Shown piece after piece: positions 21,545-31,805 of a stretch of DNA of 64,000 nucleotides. The notes beneath the pieces were generated by a model. That model did not search any database. It was given only the letters and a program-made list of their open reading frames with translations, and was not told the DNA's origin. How positions within the stretch are numbered: the first letter of the stretch is position 1; every line of letters begins with the position of its first letter. Source of the DNA: Gammaproteobacteria bacterium (GTDB lineage: Bacteria; Pseudomonadota; Gammaproteobacteria; JBCCGL01); NCBI GenBank assembly GCA_965277715.1, contig OZ255836.1, forward strand, positions 1,600,001-1,664,000. Direction: 5' to 3'. The position numbers and the translations under genes are program-made.

Positions 21545-21738
21545 TTTTTCACTCCTGGTATCGGCACTCTGGTAGTCAACGCAGTTAGCGGCCAGGCTTC
21601 AGATATCTTTAGAAGAAAATTTGAACTCACAGGAATTGCGCGTTAGTCCAACGGTCTTAGCGCGAAGGTAGCCGTTCCCGCTGATCAGAGAACGCCTGTA
21701 AAAATGTAGGTTATGGGAGGTGTGGGTTGTGGGGAAGG

Positions 21739-23133
21739 TTAACAGGCAATTAACTTGCCCGGGTTCATCAAATCATCCGGATCCAGCGCGGCTTTTATGG
21801 TCTGCATCATTTCAATAGCATTATCACCGTGTTCGGGGCGCATATCATCCAGCTTACCCAAACCAATGCCGTGCTCGCCTGTACAAGTCCCGCCCATCGC
21901 CAAGGTGCGTTCAACCAGCCGGGCATTGAGTTGTTTGGCTGCCTCCAACTCATGTGGGTCATCTGGATCGATAAAGATGGTTAAATGAAAATTGCCATCA
22001 CCAACATGCCCCAACAAGGGGGAATACAGCTTGGTTTGCACCAGGTCCCGCTGGGTGTCAGCAATGCATTCAGCTAATCGGGATATTGGCACGCACACAT
22101 CGGTGACGTAGCCTTTACCACCCGGTGACATCGCCAGGCCAGCGTAGTAGGCGCTGTGACGGGCATTCCACAGTTTGTTACGCTCTTCCTCGCGCTCGGC
22201 CCACTGAAAATCACCACCACCGTGTTCAGCCGCGATTTCACCAAATAAGGCCGCCTGCTGCTGCGCCCATTCGGTGGTACCGTGAAATTCCAGGAATAGT
22301 GTATCCAGCTCAGCATAGTCGGTTTTGCTGTAGCGATTGATCGCGTGCATGTAGGCGGCATCAAGCAATTCGATACGCGCCACCGGAATGCCGCTTTGAA
22401 TGGTTTGAATGGTCGCGTTGGTCGCGGCGTCGATCGTTGGAAAGTTGACCATCGCCGCCGACATGGCTTCAGGCATACCGTATAAGCGCAAACCCAGCTC
22501 GGTGATAATGCCCAGTGTGCCCTCGGCACCGACAAATAACCGGGTAAGGTCATAGCCCGCCGCTGATTTACGCGCCCGTGTACCGGTTTTAATGACATTG
22601 CCCTGCGCGGTGACGACTGTCAGCGACAATACGTTCTCACGCATGGTGCCATAGCGCACCGCGTTGGTGCCAGAGGCACGCGTTGAGGCCATGCCACCCA
22701 GCGATGCATCAGCACCGGGATCGATAGGGAAAAACAACCCGGTATCACGGATATAGGCATTGAGTTGTTTGCGGGTAACGCCTGCCTGAACGCGGCAATC
22801 CAGATCGTCATCACTCACTTCAAGGATGGCGTTCATGCGCGACATATCCACACAGATACCGCCGTATACAGCTTGAACATGCCCCTCTAAGGATGTGCCC
22901 GTACCAAATGGCACAATGGGCACCTTGTGCGCCGCACATAGCTGGACGATGCTGGCGACTTCTTCGGTGGTCTCTGGGAAACACACGGCATCCGGCATTT
23001 GCACCGGGTGCCAGGACTCTCCATGCCCATGTTGTTCACGCACCGACAGCGAAGTGGAAACCCGCTTGTCGAGTAACCGGATCAGGGCGGTAACAACTGA
23101 TTCAATAACAGCCGCTTCAGCAGTAGCACGCAT
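21739..23133 (-). CDS. FAD-linked oxidase, D-lactate dehydrogenase (cytochrome)/GlcD family
   Basis: PFGTGTSLEGH, FFPIDPGADASLGGM, GHVGDGNFH, TGEHGIGLGK and MNPGK motifs. Confidence 0.9.
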   Translation of the reverse strand: MRATAEAAVIESVVTALIRLLDKRVSTSLSVREQHGHGESWHPVQMPDAVCFPETTEEVASIVQLCAAHKVPIVPFGTGTSLEGHVQAVYGGICVDMSRMNAILEVSDDDLDCRVQAGVTRKQLNAYIRDTGLFFPIDPGADASLGGMASTRASGTNAVRYGTMRENVLSLTVVTAQGNVIKTGTRARKSAAGYDLTRLFVGAEGTLGIITELGLRLYGMPEAMSAAMVNFPTIDAATNATIQTIQSGIPVARIELLDAAYMHAINRYSKTDYAELDTLFLEFHGTTEWAQQQAALFGEIAAEHGGGDFQWAEREEERNKLWNARHSAYYAGLAMSPGGKGYVTDVCVPISRLAECIADTQRDLVQTKLYSPLLGHVGDGNFHLTIFIDPDDPHELEAAKQLNARLVERTLAMGGTCTGEHGIGLGKLDDMRPEHGDNAIEMMQTIKAALDPDDLMNPGKLIAC

Positions 23134-23202
23134 AGGAACCTCTGTGAAAAATCCCCGGTTTTGGGTTCAGCCTGAAAGCATCAGCACCAGGGAAGAAAAA
23201 CG

Positions 23203-23385
23203 TTAACTAAACACTTTCCAGAGAATGGCACACGTAAAGACAAAGTTAAAGCCAATCATCCAACGCACAAAGCGTTTCTCCGATTTCGCTTCGAGGGCAT
23301 TTGTTCTCACTTCCTGAATACTGGTTTTGGTTGCCACCTGCGTATCCAGTGCTTCAACAAATGCCTCTTTGTATGGCTGTGGTTT
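23203..23385 (-). pseudogene. C-terminal fragment of a DUF1640/CCDC90-like coiled-coil protein with C-terminal membrane anchor
   Basis: Reads ...EAFVEALDTQVATKTSIQEVRTNALEAKSEKRFVRWMIGFNFVFTCAILWKVFS*. There is an in-frame TAG at 23388-23386 and no start codon covering the N-terminal half. Confidence 0.55.
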
Positions 23386-23473
23386 CTATGTGACTACCTC
23401 CAGGGGTGTAGTGCGCCCCATCAACATTAATAGTGTCTGGAAACCCTTTTCCGGCAATAGGTTTGTCACCTCT

Positions 23474-26065
23474 TTATCGCTCCTCTGGGCGTTGCGCGCT
23501 AAAGCTTATCTGTTCGTCAGAAAATTCCGCAAAAATCGTATCCCCTTGCACAAACTGGCCCGCTAATAGTGCTTGTGCAAGTGGGTTTTCCAGTAGTTGC
23601 TGGATAGACCGCTTGATAGGGCGTGCGCCATAAGTGGGGTCAAAACCCACTTCCGCCAGGTGGTCAAGCGCTGCTTCACTGACGTGTAAATCCATATCAC
23701 GCGCTTGTAAACGTTGGCTCAAGGCCTGCAATTGAAGGCGTAAAATAGCGTGAATATGCTCACGCTCCAGGCTGTGAAATACCACAACATCATCGATTCT
23801 GTTAATAAATTCGGGACGGAAGTGGTTGCTCACCGCCGATAGTACGGCCACCTTCATGGCGGCATAATCGGCGCCATCTGGCTGTTGGCGGATAATTTCA
23901 CTGCCCAGATTGGAGGTCATTATGATAACCGTGTTACGAAAATCGACTGTGCGCCCCTGGCCATCGGTCAGGCGGCCATCGTCCAGCACTTGCAGGAGTA
24001 TATTAAAAACATCCGGGTGGGCCTTTTCGACTTCATCGAGCAGGATCACTGAATAGGGCTTGCGGCGCACCGCCTCTGTCAGGTATCCCCCTTCTTCGTA
24101 GCCAACATACCCCGGTGGAGCACCAATCAAGCGCGCCACCGAGTGGCGCTCCATAAACTCTGACATATCGATGCGTACCATCGCATCGTTGCTGTCAAAC
24201 AAAAAATTAGCCAGGGTTTTGGTTAGCTCTGTTTTGCCTACCCCCGTCGGCCCCAGAAACAAGAATGAACCATTGGGTTTATCAGGATCAGCCAAGCCCG
24301 CCCGCGCACGGCGGATGGCATTGGACACGCTGTTCACTGCCTCGTCCTGGCCGATAACACAAGCGGATAGCTCTTCGTTCATGCGCAGCAGTTTCTGCTT
24401 TTCACCCTCTAGCATTTTACTAATGGGGATGCCTGTCCACTTAGATACCACTTCGGCAATTTCCGCCTCACCCACTTTGTTGCGCAGCAGTGTCATATCC
24501 TGCATTTCCGCTTGTGCAGCCATATCCAGCTTGCGCTCCAGGGCAGGGATAACACCGTATTGCAATTCAGACATACGCTGTAGATTGGTTGCCCGGCGGG
24601 CGCTGTCCAGCTCCACCCGGGTGCGCTCCAGTTCTTCTTTAATGTGTTTGGTACCCTGTAACGCAGCCTTTTCACTGACCCACACTTCATCCAGGTCAGC
24701 GTATTCGCGCTCCAGCCGGTGAATATCTGTCTCCAGTGTTTGCAGGCGTTTTAATGAGGCTTCATCACTCTCTTTGCCGAGTGCTTCACGTTCTATTTTT
24801 AGCTGGATAAGCTTACGCTCCAGCTTGTCCAGTGTCTCTGGCTTGGAATCAATTTCCATGCGAATACGGCTCGCCGCCTCATCGACCAGGTCGATGGCTT
24901 TGTCCGGTAATTGCCTGTCGGTGATATAGCGGTGCGAGAGTGTTGCAGCGGCGACAATGGCGGGGTCGGTAATATCGACGCCATGATGCACTTCGTAGCG
25001 CTCCTTCAAACCGCGCAGTATCGCCACGGTATCCTCGACGGTGGGCTCATCGATTACGACTTTTTGGAAGCGCCGTTCGAGCGCGGCATCTTTTTCAATG
25101 GTCTGGCGGTATTCATCCAGTGTGGTGGCGCCAATACAATGCAGTTCACCACGTGCCAATGCAGGTTTAAGCATATTACCGGCGTCCATTGACCCCTCTC
25201 CCTTGCCCGCGCCGACCATGGTGTGTAACTCGTCGATAAACAGAATCACCTGGCCATCCTGTTTGGCGAGATCGTTGAGTACCGCTTTGATGCGCTCCTC
25301 AAACTCGCCTCTGAATTTTGCCCCTGCCACCAATGCCCCCATGTCCAGCGACAACAGGCGTTTGTGTTTGAGCCCCTCAGGTACTTCTGCGTTAATAATA
25401 CGCAGTGCCAAACCCTCGGCAATGGCTGTTTTACCCACACCTGGTTCGCCGATGAGCACAGGGTTGTTTTTTGTGCGGCGTTGCAAGACCTGGATTGCGC
25501 GGCGGATTTCATCGTCCCGGCCAATCACGGGGTCGAGCTTGCCCTGCTCGGCACGCGCCGTCAGGTCGACGCTGTATTTTTCCAGTGCCTGCCGCTGTTG
25601 CTCGGCGTTGGGATCATCAACTGGCGCGCCACCGCGCACTTTATCGATAGCGGCCAACAACGCCTGCTCGGTCAGGCCGGATTCAAGCAGTAAACGCCCC
25701 ACTTCGCTGTTGTCTTTTAATAAGGCAAGTACGAATAGTTCGCTGGCGATAAATTTGTCATTGCGCTTTTGCGACAGTTTATCGGCGACATTTAACAGGC
25801 GACCCACTTCATTGGATATATGCACATCACCATTGCTACCCTGCACTTGCGGCAGCGCAGCCAGTTTTTCACCCAGGCGGGAACGCAATGTAGCGACATC
25901 AGCCCCCGCCTGTACCAGTAGATGGCGCACGCCCCCATCGCGCTGATCGAGAATCACGACCAGGATATGTAGGGCTTCGATAAACTGATGATCCCGCCCA
26001 ACAGCCAAAGATTGCGCGTCCGACAAGGCGAGTTGAAATTTGCTGGTAAGCCGATCCATTCTCAT
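23474..26065 (-). CDS. clpB: ATP-dependent chaperone ClpB
   Basis: [11 protein letters not shown] start, two AAA modules ([16 protein letters not shown]), coiled-coil M domain, [13 protein letters not shown]. Confidence 0.98.
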   Translation of the reverse strand: MRMDRLTSKFQLALSDAQSLAVGRDHQFIEALHILVVILDQRDGGVRHLLVQAGADVATLRSRLGEKLAALPQVQGSNGDVHISNEVGRLLNVADKLSQKRNDKFIASELFVLALLKDNSEVGRLLLESGLTEQALLAAIDKVRGGAPVDDPNAEQQRQALEKYSVDLTARAEQGKLDPVIGRDDEIRRAIQVLQRRTKNNPVLIGEPGVGKTAIAEGLALRIINAEVPEGLKHKRLLSLDMGALVAGAKFRGEFEERIKAVLNDLAKQDGQVILFIDELHTMVGAGKGEGSMDAGNMLKPALARGELHCIGATTLDEYRQTIEKDAALERRFQKVVIDEPTVEDTVAILRGLKERYEVHHGVDITDPAIVAAATLSHRYITDRQLPDKAIDLVDEAASRIRMEIDSKPETLDKLERKLIQLKIEREALGKESDEASLKRLQTLETDIHRLEREYADLDEVWVSEKAALQGTKHIKEELERTRVELDSARRATNLQRMSELQYGVIPALERKLDMAAQAEMQDMTLLRNKVGEAEIAEVVSKWTGIPISKMLEGEKQKLLRMNEELSACVIGQDEAVNSVSNAIRRARAGLADPDKPNGSFLFLGPTGVGKTELTKTLANFLFDSNDAMVRIDMSEFMERHSVARLIGAPPGYVGYEEGGYLTEAVRRKPYSVILLDEVEKAHPDVFNILLQVLDDGRLTDGQGRTVDFRNTVIIMTSNLGSEIIRQQPDGADYAAMKVAVLSAVSNHFRPEFINRIDDVVVFHSLEREHIHAILRLQLQALSQRLQARDMDLHVSEAALDHLAEVGFDPTYGARPIKRSIQQLLENPLAQALLAGQFVQGDTIFAEFSDEQISFSAQRPEER

Positions 26066-26101
26066 TACAAATACCTCTGTAGAATAGTATCAATGCACTC
26101 T

Positions 26102-26129
26102 ACATAGGGGTATCAATACCAAAATCAAG
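26102..26129 (-). promoter_or_regulatory. Sigma-32 (RpoH)-type heat-shock promoter of clpB
   Basis: Minus strand CTTGAT-N13-CCCCTATGT versus consensus CTTGAA-N13-17-CCCCATNT, ~37 bp upstream of clpB. Confidence 0.7.
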
Positions 26130-26142
26130 CAGTTGATGATGA

Positions 26143-27765
26143 CTAAGGAGTGTAATTGTCGCGACTGAAGAGTGCCGATAGCGATTGTGTTGAGGCATCC
26201 AACCCTTCAATACCGCCCTGCCCGTTTAATACGGGTTCAAGTATTTTTGCCCGTTGCTTACCCAGCTCGACACCCCATTGATCAAACGAGTTGATCCGCC
26301 AGATAACGCCTTGAACAAATACCTTGTGTTCGTACAGAGCAATTAATGCACCGAGTGTATATGCATCGAGTGATTGCAATACAATGGCGTTACTGGGCCG
26401 GTTACCAGGCAGTGCTCTGTGGGTGTACAACGCCGAATGCCCGTTATCCCCAACTTCTGCGGCAACTTCCCGCTCGGTTTTACCGTGCATTAATGCCTGG
26501 GTTTGCCCTATATAGTTGGCAGCCAGGGCGATACCATGGTCGTTATCGAGGCTATCCAGCGAAACAATAAAATCGGTCGGTAGCCAGTGGGTTCCCTGGT
26601 GCAATAGCTGGGAAAATGCGTGCTGTGCATTGCTGCCAAGCCCCCCCCACACCACCGGCCCGGTGGCGTAATCAACGACCTGGCCATCGATATCACAATG
26701 CTTGCCGTTGCTCTCCATATCGAGCTGCTGAATATAGGCGGGAAATTCCTTGAGTGGATAGCTGTAGGGCAGGATGAGATACTGTTCTGCAGCATAGAAA
26801 TTATTATACCAAATACCGATCAATGCCAATAATACCGGCATATTTTGTCGCCAGGGCGCTGTGTAAAAATGTTGATCCATAGCATGTCCACCCGCTAACA
26901 ACTGGCGAAACGTATCCATACCCAGTGCCAGGGCAATCGATAGGCCAACCGCCGACCACAGCGAGTAGCGCCCTCCGACCCAATCCCAAAACGCAAACGT
27001 TTTATCGCTGTCAATACCAAATGCCTGAACCCGTTGAACGGCGGTCGATACAGCGACAAAGTGTTTTGATATATCACCTTGCCCACCGCTGCATTCGAGA
27101 AACCAGTGGCGTGCAGCCTGTGCATTGAGCATCGTTTCCCGGGTTGTAAAGGTTTTCGAGGTGATAACAAACAGCGTAGTCTCATGGTCCAGCGATGTGC
27201 TAGCGCGCCGAAAGTGCGCTTTATCAACGTTGGAGATAAATTCCACCCGTATTGACTGTTCATCATCGGGTGAACAAAGTGCTGTAGTGACCATTTTTGG
27301 CCCAAGGTCAGAGCCGCCAATGCCGATATTCACAACCGTGTGTATTTTTTTGCCGCTATAGCCGGTGTGTTGGCCACTGCGCACTGATTCGACAAAGCGT
27401 GTCATTTTATCCTGCACGGTATGGATGGCCGACATGATATTTTCACCATCGACCCATAATTCACGCCGTGGTGAACGCAATGCCGTATGCAACGCGGCAC
27501 GCGCTTCGCTCCGGTTGATTTTTCCCCCGTTAAACATAGCCACCGTTTTTTCACTCAGCGACTGCTGTTCGGCCAGTTGCATCAATAAATCCAGGGTTTT
27601 ATCATCAATCAGGTTTTTACTGTAATCGAGCGTCAACCCACAGGCCGACAGGCAATAGCGACGCGCACGCGCTGGATCGCGGGCAAACAGTGCGCGCAGG
27701 TGCTGCGCTTTAAGTGTGGCATGGTGAGCTTGCAGTGCCTGCCATGCGGGTGACTGTGTTAGCAT
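26143..27765 (-). CDS. pgi: Glucose-6-phosphate isomerase
   Basis: IGIGGSDLGP, FWDWVGGRYSLWS, QQLDMESNGK and INSFDQWGVELGK motifs. Confidence 0.97.
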   Translation of the reverse strand: MLTQSPAWQALQAHHATLKAQHLRALFARDPARARRYCLSACGLTLDYSKNLIDDKTLDLLMQLAEQQSLSEKTVAMFNGGKINRSEARAALHTALRSPRRELWVDGENIMSAIHTVQDKMTRFVESVRSGQHTGYSGKKIHTVVNIGIGGSDLGPKMVTTALCSPDDEQSIRVEFISNVDKAHFRRASTSLDHETTLFVITSKTFTTRETMLNAQAARHWFLECSGGQGDISKHFVAVSTAVQRVQAFGIDSDKTFAFWDWVGGRYSLWSAVGLSIALALGMDTFRQLLAGGHAMDQHFYTAPWRQNMPVLLALIGIWYNNFYAAEQYLILPYSYPLKEFPAYIQQLDMESNGKHCDIDGQVVDYATGPVVWGGLGSNAQHAFSQLLHQGTHWLPTDFIVSLDSLDNDHGIALAANYIGQTQALMHGKTEREVAAEVGDNGHSALYTHRALPGNRPSNAIVLQSLDAYTLGALIALYEHKVFVQGVIWRINSFDQWGVELGKQRAKILEPVLNGQGGIEGLDASTQSLSALFSRDNYTP

Positions 27766-27865
27766 CGTTTATCCAAGAGGCCGTGTAGTTGTACGCTTTA
27801 TAGCATCTGGATAGCACGTGGAAAATGAAGCGCAGGATGCCATATCAAACCTATTCCCCTGACGA

Positions 27866-28768
27866 TCAGGTTTCCTGTTCGGTTGCCTTACAGGCACTAT
27901 TACCCGTACGTATATATTCAGCAATTTGCATATTGTCGATCAGGCGTGCCGCCCCTAAAAATGCCGCCACCAGAATGACCAGAGCAGCGGGCGAATCCCC
28001 TGTCTCAGGTGCAGACAAATCAGCACAGCGGCGAACCGAGACAAAGTCTGTGTTAAAACCGCAGGCGTTCAGCCGTTCCACCGACTGCCGTTCCAGTTCC
28101 TCATAATCACGCATTCCACCGACAATCTGTGACGCACAATCGCACAATACCTGATATAGCGCGGCGGCCTGCCTGCGTTCAACACCAGAGAGGTAACTGT
28201 TGCGTGAACTCATGGCTAAACCATTGTCCTCGCGCCAGGTGGGTGCGGCAATAATTTCAACCGGTAAATTCAAATCCGCTGTCATCTGCCGCACTATCAT
28301 GAGCTGTTGAAAGTCTTTTTCACCAAAAACGGCCACATCTGGTTGCACCATATTGAACAGCTTACAGACAATCGTGGCAACTCCCACAAAGTGCCCTGGC
28401 CGGTGTGCGCCACACAAAATATTTGTCATGCCCGGCACGTCAATACGGGTTTTGCCAGCGTGGCCACCGGGGTAAATCACCGTATCGTCAGGGGTAAACA
28501 AGACATCGACACCGGCCTCCTGCAATTGGCGGATATCGTCTTGTAAAGTGCGCGGATAGGCATCGAGATCCGCCCCTCGATCAAACTGCATGGGGTTGAC
28601 GTAAATACTGGCCACGACGCGATCACCACGCGCCTGCGCCCGTTCGATCAACGACAGGTGCCCACGGTGTAAATGCCCCATTGTCGGCACCAGGGCAATC
28701 ACTTCATCGGCGAGTCGCCAGGGTTTGAGGCAGACACGCAAGTCGGCAATTGTACTGACAACCTGCAT
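27866..28768 (-). CDS. panC: Pantoate--beta-alanine ligase
   Basis: VPTMGHLHRGH, FGEKDFQQ, GLAMSSRN and RLIDN motifs. Confidence 0.97.
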   Translation of the reverse strand: MQVVSTIADLRVCLKPWRLADEVIALVPTMGHLHRGHLSLIERAQARGDRVVASIYVNPMQFDRGADLDAYPRTLQDDIRQLQEAGVDVLFTPDDTVIYPGGHAGKTRIDVPGMTNILCGAHRPGHFVGVATIVCKLFNMVQPDVAVFGEKDFQQLMIVRQMTADLNLPVEIIAAPTWREDNGLAMSSRNSYLSGVERRQAAALYQVLCDCASQIVGGMRDYEELERQSVERLNACGFNTDFVSVRRCADLSAPETGDSPAALVILVAAFLGAARLIDNMQIAEYIRTGNSACKATEQET

Positions 28769-28769
28769 A

Positions 28770-29588
28770 TCAGCTAAAGGCGTGTTCGGCTGTGGGAAAC
28801 CGCGACATCAATACATCACTGACATAGTTTTCAATAGCACTGTGAATACTGCCCGCCTGTTGCATATAGTCTTTGGAAAAACGTGTCCGCTTACCCGGTG
28901 CAATACCCAGAATATCGTACAGCACCAAAATCTGGCCATCGACATCGGCCCCGGCGCCAATACCGATAACCGGTACGGAGACACTTTCAGTGATCTGTTT
29001 CGCCAACGCTGCGGGCACGCATTCAAGCAGTAAGATATCGGCACCCGCCTGTTCCAGCGCCTGGGCATCGTCGAGCATTTTTTTGGCGGTGGCATCATCG
29101 CGCCCCTGCACCCGATAACCGCCCATTTTATAAACCGATTGTGGTGTTAAGCCCAGGTGCGCACAAACCGGGATACCGCACTCAGTAAAACGCGCCACCA
29201 TCGACAGTTGCAACGCCCCCCACTCCAGCTTGAGAATATGCGCAGCCCCTTCTTTCATAAGACGCGAAGCATTGCTCAACGCCACATCAGGTGAGTGGTA
29301 ACTCATAAACGGCATATCCACCATCAGCATCGCCCGCGATAGGCCCCGTGAAACCAATTGGCTGTGGTAGACGATTTCATCCATCGTCACTGGGATTGTA
29401 CTGTCGCGACCCTGTACCACCATACCGAGCGAATCACCGACCAACACAATATCGACAGCGGCCTCATCCAACACCTTGGCAAACGCTGCATCATAAGCAG
29501 TTAAACACGGAATTTTCTGCCCGGATTGTTTAGCTTTACGCAACGTTTCAATGGTAACAGCGCCCGAGTTATCAGCCTGAGTGCTCAT
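28770..29588 (-). CDS. panB: 3-methyl-2-oxobutanoate hydroxymethyltransferase
   Basis: LTAYDA, LVGDSLGM, HLGLTPQS and IGIGAG..DGQILV motifs; adjacent to panC. Confidence 0.97.
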   Translation of the reverse strand: MSTQADNSGAVTIETLRKAKQSGQKIPCLTAYDAAFAKVLDEAAVDIVLVGDSLGMVVQGRDSTIPVTMDEIVYHSQLVSRGLSRAMLMVDMPFMSYHSPDVALSNASRLMKEGAAHILKLEWGALQLSMVARFTECGIPVCAHLGLTPQSVYKMGGYRVQGRDDATAKKMLDDAQALEQAGADILLLECVPAALAKQITESVSVPVIGIGAGADVDGQILVLYDILGIAPGKRTRFSKDYMQQAGSIHSAIENYVSDVLMSRFPTAEHAFS

Positions 29589-29690
29589 GGTTATACTCCA
29601 GATGTAGGAAAGCGTAAAACGTCAGCGTTCTGCCAGAAGCAACGCAATAGAGAGGGTATTAGCTAATTTGAGTGTGGTTCAAAGGGCGGT

Positions 29691-30134
29691 CTATCGATCA
29701 AATGAAGGGATTGTGCTGGTGGAGTCTGAGGTTGATGAGTCATAAGCAGCGCCTACCCGCATACTGTGAGTACCCATTAGTTGTCCATATTCATCATCGT
29801 TCGGGTCAAAAAACTGCGGGGACTCATCTTCGTTAATGAATTTAAAGACATTCCAGCCTATTTTAATCACATCGCCATTCGAGAGTTTTTTTCTCCGCAC
29901 TTTTTCGCCACTCACCCGTGTGCCGTTAGTACTGTTCAGATCCTGTATAAAAAAACTCTGTTCTCCATCTCCGCCCTCAGCCGTGATACATTCCAAAACA
30001 GCGTGTTTACCACTCACGGTGGTATCGTCGACATGAATCTGCGCATCGCTGGAACGACCAATCAATAAGCGCTCGGCACCTATCGGGTACTTTCTGATTT
30101 CAACCTCATCGACCAGCAATACAACTAACGCCAT
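29691..30134 (-). CDS. FHA domain protein
   Basis: IGRSS...VSGKHA...DLNSTNGT...GDVIKIG; start chosen at ATG 30134, which follows GAGGAA. Confidence 0.88.
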   Translation of the reverse strand: MALVVLLVDEVEIRKYPIGAERLLIGRSSDAQIHVDDTTVSGKHAVLECITAEGGDGEQSFFIQDLNSTNGTRVSGEKVRRKKLSNGDVIKIGWNVFKFINEDESPQFFDPNDDEYGQLMGTHSMRVGAAYDSSTSDSTSTIPSFDR

Positions 30135-30172
30135 ACCACATTCCTCACAAACCAATTGATAGTTAATACTCC

Positions 30173-30225
30173 AGGAGCCTGTCGGATTCAGGACTGCTCT
30201 ACTGCGAAAAAGCCGACAAGTTCCT
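30173..30225. mobile_element. Degenerate, internally deleted MITE-like element
   Basis: Imperfect terminal inverted repeats AGGAGCCTGTCGG ... CCGACAAGTTCCT around a 27-bp core. Confidence 0.5.
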
Positions 30226-30582
30226 AGTTAAGGCTTAAACGAAAACCATAGCCCGCTTGCTTATATCTATGATTATCCACCTAATTTTGTATATCTAGAT
30301 ATTATAACGCGAATAGCCCCGTCTATGCAGCGCGGGCATATTGTAGTGCTCAAACCGGCTGGATGCAGCATTTTTTTTCACTCAGCGTAATACATAAGAC
30401 CTACCTGATGGTGCCCCCAATACGCTATAGATTCGTCGGCAGGGCTGGCAACGGCTGGGTTTATGCCAAAGATTAACGTATATTGCCCCACTATCGCTGG
30501 ATGGAGGCGAAAAATAAAGCAGCGGTTTGAGTTAAACGCAAACACCATACACCCCATCAATACTTTTAAAGTTAGCACCTAC

Positions 30583-31767
30583 ATGCGCCACTCGCGAAAG
30601 AATTTACTCTTGCTGTCATCCTGCCAGGCATTGATGATGAGCTGCAACTCGCTGATGATTACCGCCAGTGCGTTGATTGGCTTTGCACTGGCAGAAGAGA
30701 AGGCACTGGCAACACTGCCCATTGCTATCCAGCACTTTGCCACCATGTTAACCAGCCTGCCAGCCTCATTGCTAATGGGGCGGGTGGGCCGTAAAACGGG
30801 CTTTTTGCTGGCCAGTGGTATCGGCATAGTAGGCGGTGTCGCCGCAACCTGGGCAATAGTCAATAGCCATTTTTTGGTTTTCTGCGCGGCCAGCCTGGCG
30901 TTTGGGGTGTTCTCCAGTTTCGGTCACTACTATCGGTTTACTGCCGCCGAGGTGGTCGAGCCACACTACAAGAGCCGGGCCATTTCCTATGTACTTGCCG
31001 GTGGCGTTATCGCCGCCTTTATCGGCCCTAATCTCGCCAATTTTTCTCAGGACTGGATAAGTGGCTACCGCTTTGCCGGTAGCTACGCCGCTGTTATCCT
31101 GCTGTATGGGTTGTCAGCACTGGCTATTTCTTTCACCGTATTGCCCAGACAAATACTTCCCCCAGCGCAGCACAACACCCGCCCGCTGAGCGAAATGATA
31201 CTGCAGGGCCGCTTTATTGTAGCCGTTATCTGCGCCACTTTTGGCTACGCCATTATGTCATTGGTGATGACTGCCACGCCGTTAGCAATGAATGAATATT
31301 CACATTCTTTTGGCGATACTGCGTTTGTTATCCAGTGCCACGTTCTGGGTATGTTTGTGCCCTCATTCTTTACGGGCAGTTTGATACAACGCTACGGCTG
31401 TACCAATATCATGCTGATCGGCGCCATGGCCGCAGCAGCTTGCCTGGCCATCAATCTATCCGGACAAAGCTACTTACACTTCTGGTTTGCTTTGGTGTTA
31501 TTGGGTATCGCCTGGAATTTTCTGTATATCGGCGGAACCACTTTGCTGACAGAAACCTACCAGCCAGAAGAGAAAGCCAGGGCGCAGGGAATCAACGATT
31601 TAATTGTATTCAGCACCGTTACCCTGGCTTCGTTGTCAGCGGGGGCGATACAGTACAACATCGGCTGGTCAGCCGTTAATATGGGCGTCACGCCCGCTGT
31701 GCTGCTGGTGATCGGCAGTTTAATCTGGTTAAAAATAGCGAACAGATCCATTGTGTTACCCACATAG
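30583..31767 (+). CDS. MFS transporter
   Basis: About 12 hydrophobic segments, motif A-like MGRVGRKTG, and YRFTAAE, HVLGMFVPSFFTG family motifs. Start taken at MRHSRKN. Confidence 0.9.
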   Translation: MRHSRKNLLLLSSCQALMMSCNSLMITASALIGFALAEEKALATLPIAIQHFATMLTSLPASLLMGRVGRKTGFLLASGIGIVGGVAATWAIVNSHFLVFCAASLAFGVFSSFGHYYRFTAAEVVEPHYKSRAISYVLAGGVIAAFIGPNLANFSQDWISGYRFAGSYAAVILLYGLSALAISFTVLPRQILPPAQHNTRPLSEMILQGRFIVAVICATFGYAIMSLVMTATPLAMNEYSHSFGDTAFVIQCHVLGMFVPSFFTGSLIQRYGCTNIMLIGAMAAAACLAINLSGQSYLHFWFALVLLGIAWNFLYIGGTTLLTETYQPEEKARAQGINDLIVFSTVTLASLSAGAIQYNIGWSAVNMGVTPAVLLVIGSLIWLKIANRSIVLPT

Positions 31768-31790
31768 AGGCGCGATTGCTCACGCCTCTA
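31765..31790. terminator. Hairpin between convergent MFS and creatinase genes
   Basis: TAGAGGCG ... CGCCTCTA inverted repeat; no strong U-tract. Confidence 0.45.
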
Positions 31791-31805
31791 CCTAAAGAAA
31801 TATGT

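Noticed and set aside
25041-25946. 301-aa plus-strand ORF inside clpB, and similar long antisense ORFs at 42636, 50583 and 52821
   Set aside because: Antisense to well-supported genes; explained by codon bias.
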